From assembly GCA_043228905.1 (NCBI GenBank), contig JBHGNT010000006.1:4526001-4590000 (forward strand): 64,000 nt of DNA, written 5' to 3'. Under the pieces are notes generated by a model, which did no database searches, was not told the origin of the DNA, and saw only the letters and a list, made by a program, of their open reading frames with translations. This DNA is from Azolla caroliniana. Taxonomy: Eukaryota; Plantae; Polypodiophyta. This document shows positions 26,336-38,828 of the stretch, piece by piece. The position numbers were made by a program, and so were the translations under genes. The first letter of the stretch is position 1, and each line of letters opens with the position of its first letter.

Positions 26336-29300
26336 CGTACGATTGTCTTCATATTGGTGCTCATCTTCATGTTTGTATCCTTCTTCTTTTGTGTGTGTTG
26401 TGTGTGCACACGTGTGTGTTTGTATCCACATTTTTGTTTTTTTTTTTGTTTGTGTCTGTATCCCAGGTCAAGCATAATTCCTATCACAACCCATTTGAGA
26501 TTGAAGCATACAATGTATGTTTCCTTCCTCGTATGTCCCATGTCTATCTCTCAAAATATAGTGACATGGTGCATGCTGATCATTTTGTCGTGCAACCATT
26601 TGTGTGAGTTTTGCTAAGACATCTTAGGGTTTCTATTAGTAATATACTACGTATTTTAAAAAGAAAAGGTTTTTGTGTGCTAAACTATTCATATATGTGA
26701 TTCCCTATGGCTTCTTTCACATAATAAGTAATTCTCTCATTAGGCCTCCCATGTCTCCAATTTCAAGCCAAAGTGACAACTTCAAGCACACATTCTCATT
26801 AGAGTTAGGTTAATCAAAGACAACATTCTAATATGGTATTCGTTAAACAAAAAACCCAAGTATTTGACATGACTAAGGAACTTACCAAAATAACGCCGAA
26901 ATAATAAAACATTATTCACAATTATACCACCCTCATTGGATGAATTCCCTTCATATTTAGTGGTGAGATTAAATTTCAGAGTATGTATTCATTTGCCATC
27001 TCTTGTCTTAACCATGAATTTCATTACAAAGTGTGCTCCATTCCAAGATACATGCTTGATAGTTGATGGCATTTATTTTGCAAACTTCATAAACTCTTTC
27101 TTTTTTTTACTACCCAATGAGATCCACCGTTATTCATGTGCAACCCACGGCAATATTATATACCTTTTCTTCTTGTTGCTACTTTGAAAGTTGATTTATA
27201 ATCTACCTAGGTTCTATTAGTTCTTCTATTGCCCAGCACTTTGAGCCATCAAGGTTATGTGAACTCTATGATATACGCCTAGATCATCGAAATGTGCTTC
27301 AAGGAATCTTGCCTCAATTGTTTTTTGTATTTTCTTAAAGCCTCCGCTTGCTATTACTAGTAGTATTATTTATTCTTTCTATAGTTTTCTCCAACATAGA
27401 AAGAAATCCTTACTGTGCATGCATGTGTCAGCACTATCATATGTTTCAATTAAATCCAATAATCTTGTGACTTTATTCTTGTGGTTGAAGCCCAACTATA
27501 CCTATTGTTCATTCATTAATAATGAATTACATTAAAGGGGTTGCATGTAACATGGATGTTGTAGGGCAACTTCCCGCAAATTGAATTTGTTTAGGTCTTG
27601 ACCTAAATAAAATTCCATCCAATGGTCATAGTAGTAATTGATGATATTCATAGTTTGTATGTGATCCCTAAGGATTATGTATTGCCACTACTTTTGTTGC
27701 ACTCCTTTAATCGTTTGAGAGTACCTAATTCAATTGTGATCACCTTGAGCTTTTATGGTTTTGAAAGGGCCAATAATCTTGCCTAGGAAATTTGTGCCAT
27801 TAGCAACCTACGAGACAATTACCTTGTCTTAGGGGTAATTACCTTGTCTTTGGGCAATGTACAAGTCCCATCACAACATTCAACTTGTTCAAACATTGAC
27901 CTTATATTAGTAGACACCTTGGGGTAGACACAACAAAGTACTAGCACAAATCCCATATAGGCTAGGCCCGCTCCACACATTTCATATTAGAATCATAACC
28001 CTAATTTGTAAGGTTGAGTGCAAACTTGGATGTTCAATGTTGATTGCTCAATTTGTAATATTTTTATTATTATATTAGTCAATATTTATGTGGTAAATTT
28101 TCAAATGGTGCTATAAAAAAGACATTGTAATTCTAATCATTCTCTACCCATTCACTTTCTTTTTCTATTTATAAATGTAGCATCTCTCGGTATGAAACCG
28201 TACATCATTTTTTTATCATTGAGTTTAGAGAGGCAGATTATTGTCATTTCAAGAAGTCGAATCTGAAAAGTTACTTGTAAAGCCTATATTTGAAGGTGAA
28301 AAGATAAGTATGCTTCCTCTTTATATTTAAAGTTTGGGAAAATGATGAGATTTTGGTTATTGTCTTGTATAATAAAGTTGTATGGTGCATATTACCTATA
28401 TATGCTATATATGTCAACCTTTTCAGTAAGATAGAATAATGGTAAGGCAATTCTAATTTATCAATTCATCTACAATAAGAAAGCAATGCATCACATTGTG
28501 TTATGAAAGGTAATTTCTTGTTTTTATCTATGGAACTCCAAGTTTCTACATGAAAGAACCTACACATATGCTCAATCGTGTGCATGGCACATGCATATAT
28601 ATATATATGCATGTGTGTGTATGAATATTACATATTAATACACACATAGGTCAATTATGTTCATGAATGTGTGTATATATGTATACTAGTAGTGGACATA
28701 CTCTATTCATGTTCTCCACTCGTCATTCACTAAGTAGGGATTAAGCAACACAATTTGCGGTTGAGGATATCTTATCATTCTTGTTGAAAAACTTTGCCAT
28801 CTTTATTTAGCAATAGGGAATGAGTAATATGGTGGGTGAGTTGATGATTGGGGCATCTTAGTGTCCTTGATAGTATCTTTGTTGTCTTTATTTAGTGGGG
28901 ATCGAGCAAAAATGGTAGGCAAGCTAATGGTTGAGGACATCATCATGTTGTCAATACTCTTGCATTTGTGACATGAGGTGGCATGGTTGTGGGCAGCCAT
29001 ACAATTCTTCCTCAATTTCCTACAATACAAGCTTCCACCCTATTAACAATACAATGATCTTTTACAATTTCATATTGTCTCCTCTTTATTTGCTCATTCG
29101 GACAGAGAGAAGACTCATCTTTAGTGGTTTCGATTTTCCTTTTATATTTTGTCTTTTCTTTTTCTTCTCTCTTCTTTTTTTAAGTTGGTTTCTTTTTTCT
29201 TTAAAAGCATTTTTCTTTGTTTTTATTTTCCTATCAATTTCTTTTTCTTTATTGTCTTCAATTGTATAAAATTGATAGACATAGAGATAAAATAATCCGA

Positions 29301-31138
29301 ACAAATGGAGGTCTCGTCCTTCATAGTATCTATTCTCCATTATGCAAGTCACCAACCTTGCTATCTCTTCAAAATAAACTAACATTTTACCCCTTTTTAA
29401 TCATTCCCATAAAACATCTTTCCAATACATCCAAATCGCACAATATTATTTGTGTGAACAAGACATAAAAAGGATTTGGGAGGGGGAGGGGGAGGGGGAG
29501 GGGGAGTGAGATGAGAATGTTATGCACACATATCGTATGTGTCAATGAGTTTCCATTTCTCCTTCAATCGACATTATTGTAATATCGTACAACAACTTAT
29601 TCACCCTCAAGTGTATGTCCACGTGTACTTTTAGTTCATCCACTATCTAAATGGTTATATAAATGAATGTTGTCCCATCTCTTGATGAAATGCCAAGCAT
29701 AAAAACGTATGGAGTATAGATTATTGTAGTAATTATTGTAGTAATTATTAATTGGATTGTCCAACCATTCTCATCAACTTGTTCAGGATATCATAGCAAT
29801 GTTTCACTTTCTCCCTCTTCTAACAACTACATATAAAACAAATACATCATAACGTTCATTACCTTTAAGTGAATTTGTGCTCATCATAAAAGCACATCGT
29901 GTCAGCTTTATTTATTGATGAATCCACATGTGTGCGTGTTTGTGCCGGTACTTATCCCCCGAGTTTGAGAATAACATTAGGATTACAATGTTTGATTTAA
30001 CCAAACATGTACAAGTACTTTTGTCACAACTAGACGTTGACCTCCTACAAGAAAAGGAAGTTTTGAATGAAGCATATCAAGGTGTTATGACATCTTTTAC
30101 AGTATGATGTTGCCTACCAATTATGAGATCGATTATCCATCCTCTATTATGTATATACAAGGAAGTCTCACCTAGAATTTTGTAAAAAAATAAATCATAG
30201 TTTTGCTCTGACACATCCATATTGAATGATGATGCCACACACTTTGACCCTATTAGTTCATTTTGTTAGCATTGCCCTTTTCACTCCATGTGTTGTGGAA
30301 AAATGACAATGCCATTGTTGTAAAGCCATCTTTTAGGAAACAATAGACATTGTCGATGCCTTCAATCTGAAATTATGAAGACATGTATTCTGCATGTATC
30401 ATATACTAATAAATGACTCAATGGTGTCTACAATTACCAATAAGGTTATGATTTTTAAACCGTTATACATAAAATACAATAGTATGCTAATCTTTGTACT
30501 TGAATAATCGTCATGAATCATAGATCGAGTTTGACTTACACATCTAACTCATCATTTAATCACCAAACAAAACTATTTTCCAAAATAAAATAACTAACAA
30601 ATTAGTATCATTCTAACTGTCTACACGTTTTAGTAAGCAATCGTCCTTGATTGTATTCTCATTTGTTGTAATAACCTAGATATTGTCCATGTAGCACATA
30701 TATGTTGGCAATACACCATGCCACAAATCAATGCATGGTCTTATTTTACCTTGGACTACATTGGGCAATACACTAATAGGGAGGGAGCATAAGGAAATAG
30801 GGTGTACTTGTTATTGTATTGCCTCATGTGGAGTATGTACACCTAGTACTCTATTAAACTTATCAAGGGCTTGACAATACACACTTAAAAAGAGATAATG
30901 TGTTACCATTGAGATGGGACGCAATTTCCATTATTTGATCTCATTTAGACATGAATAGAGAATACGATTTGATGGCAAATAGTTTTACAACAATGTTTTT
31001 TTGTCAACGTGCTCATTTTTTGGCTCAAATCCATGTAGTTTTACGATATGTTTTTGTAGAACAACCACAATTGTGTCACACCATATTTTTCACCACATAA
31101 CCAAGCTTTAACTCAATCCTAACTTATGAGATCCTTAA

Positions 31139-31222
31139 TGTTGTGAACAAGGTCGTCTATGCGGAAGATCAAGAAGCATTCAATTTTGTTCTGTACCTGC
31201 GTATGACAGTTTCTAGGTCGTT

Positions 31223-31269
<47 letters not shown>

Positions 31270-34200
31270 CACAAAATACTTTCTATTCAATAGAAGAAAT
31301 AATACAACACCCAACCTTACAAAAAGGTTACAAGGTCACTATATATAGTGACCGACTTAGGGCAACTACCATTTATGCTAATTACACAAATGGCCCAAAC
31401 TTGAGCTATACAAAGGGATAGTGTGAATACGTCCATTATACACTTGTATTCGACACTCCCCCGTAATGGGCGTATACATGGGTTATCTAAGATTACAGGT
31501 ATAAACCTAGGTTCTCGGACATATCAGTTTTTGTTCGAGTCTGCAGGGTCCGAAGGCAGAAGACCGAACTGGTCGGGTCGGAAGAGTTGAAGCCGATCAT
31601 TAAGGAACTGATGTCGGTTGTCCGAAACCATCCTGCGTTGTGTCCGGCTCTAACCGGACTGGTTTGTCGTTACGCCCATCTGATGCCGAAGGGACCGAAA
31701 GCGGTCTGCCGAAAGACACTTGGTCATTCCATCTACGACATTGTCGGTTGTGGATATTTTCTCTAGACCGATTTTCCCTGAAATGACGCAGTCCCGAACG
31801 AAGTGATATCGAACGTCGATATGTTTGGAGGCGTTGTGGTGAACCGGATTTTTCGACAAGGCAACAGCACCTTGACTGTCGCTATAGACAACTGGAGCCG
31901 AGTCATGGTCGACTTGCCGAAACGTGTGCGCCAGCCGGCCGAGCCACAAAGCTTCTTTTGCAGCGTCAGACGCAGCTACATATTCTGCTTCGGTCGTTGA
32001 GGTCGCTGTGCACTCCTGAAGTTTCGACTTCCACGAGATTGCTCCATTGCCGAATTTGAAACAGTATCCGGTTGTTGATTTCCGACTGTCTATACAGCCG
32101 GCGAAGTCCGAGTCGGTGTAACCGACTACGCCTGAGGTTCGGTTCGGACCGAAAAGAATGCCGTGGTCTTTTGTGCCAGCCAGATATCTGAACACATGCT
32201 TGACTGCGTTCCAATGCGATCGGCCAGGATTATGCATAAATCTGCTAACGACTCCTACGGCATGAGAAATATCAGGCCGTGTCGCGACCATCAGGTACAT
32301 AAGGGAGCCGACTGCCGGTGCATACGGTACCGACTTCATATCTTCCCCCTCCGAACCGGATGTCGGGCAGTCTCGCTGAGAGAGCCGAAGATTCATGGGG
32401 AGTGGGGTTGAAGCAGATTTGGCTGATTGCATGTTGAAGCGTTCCAAGACACGTCCGATATAGTCGATCTGAGACAAAAAAAGATGTCGTTTATCGCGAT
32501 GCCGACTAATCTTCATGCCGAGTATGTGTCGTGCCGGACCGAGGTCCTTCATGGCAAACTTCAACCGCAGTTGCCGAATGAGATCGACAAGTTCGCCCGC
32601 GTGGCGTCCAGAAATTAGCATGTCGTCCACGTAAATGATGAGGAAGATGGGTGATCCATCTTGAGCTGTGTTGGTGAAGAGACAATGGTCCTCATCGCTT
32701 TTTGAGAAGCCGATCGATTGGATGAAGTCATCGAACTTCTTGTACCATTGTCACGGTGCCTGTTTGAGGCCGTATAGACTCTTCCTGAGTCGGCAGACTA
32801 GATGTTCTTGGCCAGTTGCCACGAAGCCTTTTGGCTGCTCCATATAAATTTCCTCTTCAAGATCACCATGGAGGAAGGCTGTTTTGACATCTAGCTGAAT
32901 CAGCTCCAAGTTGTCGGCTGCCACTACGCTGAGTAGGAAACGAAGGGTTGTCATTTTCACCACTGGTGAAAAAATCTCGTCGAAGTCGACGCCATATTCT
33001 TGTCGGAAGCCCTTCGCAACTAATCTGGCCTTGTACTTTGGGGTGGTCGAATCAGACGTCTCTTTTAGTCGATAAACCCACTTGCAAGGAAGAGCACGTC
33101 GGTTCTGAGGTAATTCGACCAGGTCCCAAGTCTTGTTTGCCCGAATGGAGTGCATTTCCGACTCCATCACCAGATGCCAGGTGGCTGAATCGACAGATGT
33201 CGATGCTTCTTCGTAAGACGTCGGTTCGCCGGCGTCGGTGAAGAAAATTCCAGGAGAATACCTCTCCGGAGGTTGCGACAGTCTCTCGGATCGTCGGGGT
33301 ATGACTGGACTGGTCGCATCGGGTATCGAGGTCGGATGGTCCGAAAGCGAATCATTCGGCTGTGCCGAGTCGGAGTTGTCTGAGTCGGGAGTGTAAGGTT
33401 CAGCTACCCGTGAAGCTGACCGTGTGTTAAGAGCAGGGCCTTCTTGAAGGGTCGGCACATCGGAAAATGTTACCCTTCAGACTTCAATCGGTTTTTCGAC
33501 TGATGGATTCATAGCCGACTCGTTGAACACAACGTCCGAACTTCGAACGATTTGTCTGCGTTCGGGGTCCCAGAGTCGGTATCCCATTTCGCCGTCTGAT
33601 CCATATCCAAGGAAAATGCATTTCCTGGACCGAGGTGCAAGTTTTCAGCGATCATATTTCGGAATAAGGGCGTACGCCTCGCATCCGAAGATCCTCAGCT
33701 TCTCGTAATTCGGCTTACTGCCGATCCATAGTTCCTGAGGAATTTGAAGTCCTAGAGGTCTACTTGGCGACATATTGATTATGTGTACTGCCGTGAGTAG
33801 AGCCTCTGCCCAGAAGCCATCCGACAGTCCGGAGTGTTGGAGCATGGAAACTATCCGTTCTTGGATTGTCCGATTCATTCGTTCTGCAATCCCGTTTTGC
33901 TCCGGACTGTGTGGTGCCGTAAATTCACGTCGGATGCCGCGTTGTCGGCAGAATTTGACGAATTCTTCTGATTTGAACTCTCCCCCATTATCGGTCCGAA
34001 AGCATTTCAGTTTTCGGTCGGTTTGATTTTCTACCATAGCGAGCCAATCGGAGAAGATCGAGAAGACACGATCTTTGGTGCGAATTGGATAAGCCCACAC
34101 CTTTCGAGTCGAATCGTCAATAAAACTGACGAAGTAAGAGGCACCGCCAAGAGACTGATGCGGCATTGGGCCACAGACGTCCGAGTGGACTAAGTCGAGA

Positions 34201-36445
34201 GGTCTCGTTTCTCTTGGTGCTGATGTCGGGTGTGATGCGGCTGCTTGTTTGCCATACTGGCAATGCTCGCAGAATTGATGGTCGGAGAAGGAGAGTTTGG
34301 GGATGTACCCGGCTCTAGATAGATGCGTAATGCCGGCCTTGCTGAGGTGTCCTAATCTTCGGTGCCATAGTGATGACACAGGAATATCCACCAAAAACAG
34401 GTTACCCTCTCTGAGCGTAACATGTAACGGATACAGTGAGTGTATCTTGGGTCCTCTAGCAAGCAGGAGGTTCCCCCTGTGGAGTGTCCACCCTCCCGAA
34501 GAGAAACCGGCACGAATGCCGTCTTCATCTAGTTGTCCGACTGAGATCAATGGCCTCGAGAGCTCGGGTACATGTCGGACATTGTGAAGTACAAGTGTAG
34601 AGCCACCTGCAAGGTTGAGCTCTACTGTGCCGATTCCGATGATGTCACAGTGTTGTGAGTTGCCGACTCGAACTGAGTCGGAGTGACGGATCGTATATTG
34701 CCGAAATTGGGATCTATGAGGAGTCACGTGAAATGACGCGCCCGAATCCAAGAGCCATGTGCTCGATTCTTCAGTCGTGAGCAGAACTTCTGATCCGACT
34801 GGATTTTCGATTGACAGTATATTCGGGTCGTTTGGTAGCACATCAGCTGAGAAGCTGACGTAATTGATCTCCTCATGCCGGCCACTCTTCTTGTTGTTCT
34901 TGTTCTTGAGTGCGCGGCAGTCGACTTTGATGTGTCCGGGTTTCTTGCAATAGTTGCAGATTCGGTTATCCCGTGACTGGCTCCGTCTTCGCTGATTGTT
35001 CGGCGGTCGTGAGGAATCTCTTCCTCGTATGTTCGATCGGTCTGTCGAACCTTGTACTACATAAGCGTCGTCTGTTGAGTCTTTGGCGAATGACTTTCTC
35101 CGAGCTGCTTCGGTCAGGATTGCGCTCGTGACTTCGGAGTATTTAACAGCCGTGGTTGACGCGTTGCACACGGTTGTGACGAAAGTTTCCCATGATGAGG
35201 GAAGGCTACTCATGAGTATCATTGCTCTGAGTTCATCCTCGATTGCCGTCCCCTGAGATGAGATTTGGGAGCTTATGCTTTCGTACTCATTAAGGTGTGC
35301 TTGAACCGAATCGGATTCTTTCATCCGCAAGTTGTAGAGGCGCCGGATCAGAAACATCTTCGTTGCGGCGACCTTCTTTTCGTAAGTGTCCGACAGTGTT
35401 TTCCACAGTTCGAATGCTGTCGTACACGATTGCACCGTAAAATATACCGATTCCGATAGGTGCATCCGAATCGTGGCGCGGACGATTCTGTCCAGCTTCT
35501 GCCACTCAATTGGTTTGTATCCTTCTGGAGGTTCTTCATTTTCGATGGGATCGATTTGCCCCTTGACTATGAGATAGTCCTGCATTTGCTCCTTCCAGAA
35601 GTTAAAGTTCGATCCATCGAACTTTCGTAGACTCATTTCTGACGAGCCGGATGTTGATGCCATCAAATTCGGTTTCGGTTGACGAAGCTCGGTTCGGAGT
35701 TGACTACGAACCTTGTTGGAGTGCAGCCGGTTGGCTCACCCGATATCGTTCTAGTCGGATTTGAACCCGAGTCGGTTCGGCTTCGGATATATGTATTGTT
35801 GAACTTGCTCGAATTGACTCCGGTGACTTGAGGGACAGAACCGGCTGGTCTTCCCGGATGTTGCCGAGTCGGAGTGAGCCCGGTTCGCTTCGGATATATA
35901 TGCCGAATACCGATTATTGAAACCGATTGTCTGGACCGATTCTGCTTCAGGTGACTGCAGCGACGAGAGAGACGGATCCAACTGATCCTCCAGAATGTCG
36001 ATCAGCCGGATGAAGCACGAATTGGGGTTGTTGTCTTGAGACCGATCTGCACCGAGTGGTTACAATGAGCGGCGAGCAGCGTTTGTTGACTCTTCAGATG
36101 CCGTTTAACCGAGTGGAGCACGATCGTGTCAATGTTGCACAAGGGGATTTCACCTCGAGCGGTTACGATCACAAGGAACAGAGTACAACCGGCTGGCTTA
36201 CTCCAAGCGAAGATGATCTAACGCGATGAGATGCAGGCCTCATTTTTCCTTCTTCTTCTCTCTTCTTCGAATGGTGCAAGAAACCGAATGCTGTGCAGGC
36301 TGAGACGACGGTCGACAGCAGATGTTGGAGGACCGAATACTGTGCAGGCTCTGATACCAGATGTTGTGAACAAGGTCGTCTATGCGGAAGATCAAGAAGC
36401 ATTCAATTCTGTTCTGTACCTGCGTATGACAGTTTCTAGGTCGTT

Positions 36446-36486
<41 letters not shown>

Positions 36487-36672
36487 CACAAAATACTTTC
36501 TATTCAATAGAAGAAATAATACAACACCCAACCTTACAAAAAGGTTACAAGGTCACTATATATAGTGACCGACTTAGGGCAACTACCATTTATGCTAATT
36601 ACACAAATGGCCCAAACTTGAGCTATACAAAGGGATAGTGTGAATACGTCCATTATACACTTGTATTCGACA
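31139..36672 (-). mobile_element. Full-length, recently inserted Ty1/copia LTR retrotransposon
   Basis: TG...CA LTRs at 31139-31455 and 36362-36672 differ by one substitution plus 6 bp of (AG)n. Perfect TSD CTTAA (31134-31138 and 36673-36677). iMet PBS at 36347-36359, PPT at 31456-31462. Domain order gag-PR-IN-RT-RH. Confidence 0.98.
31650..35666 (-). pseudogene. Copia gag-pol polyprotein: one frame interrupted by three TGA stops
   Basis: ORFs 35666-33645, 33458-32751 and 32630-31650 share one frame. Motifs: CCHC knuckle CNYCKKPGHIKVDC, protease WLLDSGAS, integrase HSDVCGP/RTDNGGEF/QNGIAERMNRT, RT YKARLVAKG/YVDD, RNaseH TDSDFAG/KHIDVRYHF. Stops at 33645-33647, 33477-33479 and 32751-32753. 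Confidence 0.95.
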
Positions 36673-37448
36673 CTTAACAGAGGGAAGAGATCATGGTTCC
36701 CACCAACTACCCATATGCATACATAAAATATGTCGCACAACATAATGAAGAAAGAAACAATCAAGAATAATAAAATCCTACTAGAGAGAGGGAGGAGAGG
36801 GTGACTCCTAATAACTGTCCATCCATACAATATATCATTAGGCCCTGAACCCACTACTATTATCTCTTTCTAATAATAATCGACGATTGTTGCTTTGACA
36901 CTTTGGATTGGGCTACAAGTTTACTCCTACATACATACATAATGGCATCTACATAATTCTCTTTGGGTCGGTATTTATGAATTAGACACCATATCAAGCA
37001 TGTATTTTTCTCTAGCTTGGAATGTGTGATCAAGCCATTCACGACCAAATTCGAGGCACAAACAATTTTACAATGCATTTGTAAGGCCAAACTATTGTTT
37101 AAACTTTAAACATCTAGAACCCACAAGGTTTTTAATGAAATTCATATTATAACATTAAGACCAACTTAGAACTTAACTATTCTTATAAGAGTGGCAATAG
37201 TGTAGCTTTAAAGTTTTTTATGTCATGTATGCCATTGGTCTAAGCCATCTTGGTCTTTGTAAGTACTAAATCTTTTGTGATAATTTTTTTCCTTAATAGA
37301 CATTTTGATTGTTTGGCCTCGCTCTTCAAAGATTAAAAACGCTTATTTAAAAACCCAAATCAAGGCCTTGTTTTTTTAGTTTTTGTTCTTTAGTATTGCT
37401 TTTGTCCCGTTCACACGCACAAGTGCATCTACTTACAAACACATTTGC

Positions 37449-37553
37449 ATGTGTGCATATGAACTCACAAAACGTAAGCACACATACACACCAACATCGT
37501 CATGCCCTTGGTGTGTATGCGTGCTTATGTTTTGTGAGTTCAAATGCACACAT
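37449..37553. other. Inverted repeat / hairpin: 46-bp stem with 3 non-Watson-Crick pairs and a 13-nt loop
   Basis: atgtgtgcatatgaactcacaaaacgtaagcacacatacacaccaa (37449-37494) pairs with 37508-37553. Confidence 0.9.
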
Positions 37554-37884
37554 TAATCAAGGAACATAAGCTCATAATTAACACTCAAAATAATCATGCT
37601 ACATTCATCAATGGATGAGAGCATAGAATTAACAAACATAATAACGAGATCATGATTGCTATATTTAACTAATTTGAGTTGATTAAAGACCTAGGGGTAT
37701 TTCAAAATCCCCCCCTTTAATCCTCAAAGCTACCAAAAAATCGCCACAGAATAGCCAAAAGGCACATTGGGGTTTGCTTTTATGTCGCGAAGGGTCCCGA
37801 GTGAGCGCTCCGCTATCTCTGCAAATACATGTAGGCAACCACATATAATTGGGTTTCATGCAAAGCCACCAATGTAACTAACAA

Positions 37885-38335
37885 TGTGTTTGTTATAGGC
37901 CAAGGGCATCCATTTCTTCCCTCCTTGGGAGTGAATAAATACATACCCAGATAGGAAGGTAATCATCACATAGATAGATAGACATGTACATATGGGGGCA
38001 TTTGTCAAGAATAAAGATAGATTTTCCTAAACCAAGACTCTATAGAAGTTCATATTGCCTATATTGCAGAGAAGGAAGGAACTAAGAGCTCTTTGTGTTT
38101 GTTATAGGCCAAGGGCATTCATTCCTTCCTTCCTTGGTTCCAATTGGGTGAATAAATACATACCCAGACAGGAAGGTAGTCATGACATAGATAGATAGAT
38201 AGATAGATAGATAGACATATAGATAGAGGGGCATTTGTCAGGAATAAAGATAAACTCAGGGTCATTCTTTATGGGATTTTTCCTATACAAGACCTCCACA
38301 GAAGATCATATTGCCCATGTCGCAAAGAAGGAAGA
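37885..38335. repeat. Diverged ~209-bp tandem duplication upstream of the PPR gene
   Basis: tgtgtttgttataggccaagggcat begins at 37885 and 38094; both copies contain (ATAG)n. Confidence 0.85.
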
Positions 38336-38828
38336 AGGCGACGACTACGACGACGAAGCAGCAGCAGCAGGTGAAGGATCTCTGACCATTTATGGAAGTC
38401 TGCATTCTCATTACATGCTTAATATCTCTCTTGGATCTATGGGACCCATCTGCTTACAAAGTATCCATCACTCCTCGACATCATTTAGTGCAAGAATCTT
38501 AGTCTTCTATGAAGGTCTCTCTCTATTACACATATTCAACAGAAGGAAGCATCATGATGGAATTCACTCTGAACAGAGGAGACGGTCAGCTACAGTGTTC
38601 TTGTGGTGGGAAGAGGTATTTAAGGAAAGCTAAGTTGGATCCATGTAACCTGTATTTGTGTTTATTTTGAAGCAAATATGAAGAGTAAATCATGGTAGTG
38701 CAATGATAAGGAAGTTGAAGCATGAGTATCCAAATCAACGCACGAATGGTCAACAACGTAGTGTAAAATGAGTGAGCCCTCAAATTAAAACCACAAGAAA
38801 TAAGGAGAAGAATGGTTGATTCATTGGG

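Noticed and set aside
28588-28615. 28-bp perfect palindrome CACATGC(AT)7GCATGTG with RY-like motifs
   Set aside because: Easily produced by alternating purine-pyrimidine simple sequence, and not close to a gene start.
29478-29506. G-quadruplex-type (GGGGA)n tract
   Set aside because: A simple repeat in intergenic DNA with no functional context.
28190-30450. Possible copia RT or hAT transposase traces
   Set aside because: Only 3-5 residue resemblances, too weak to call without a search.
31143-31421. Near-identical ORFs in both LTRs (also 36231-36638)
   Set aside because: Antisense LTR frames running through (AG)n; their identity only reflects LTR duplication.
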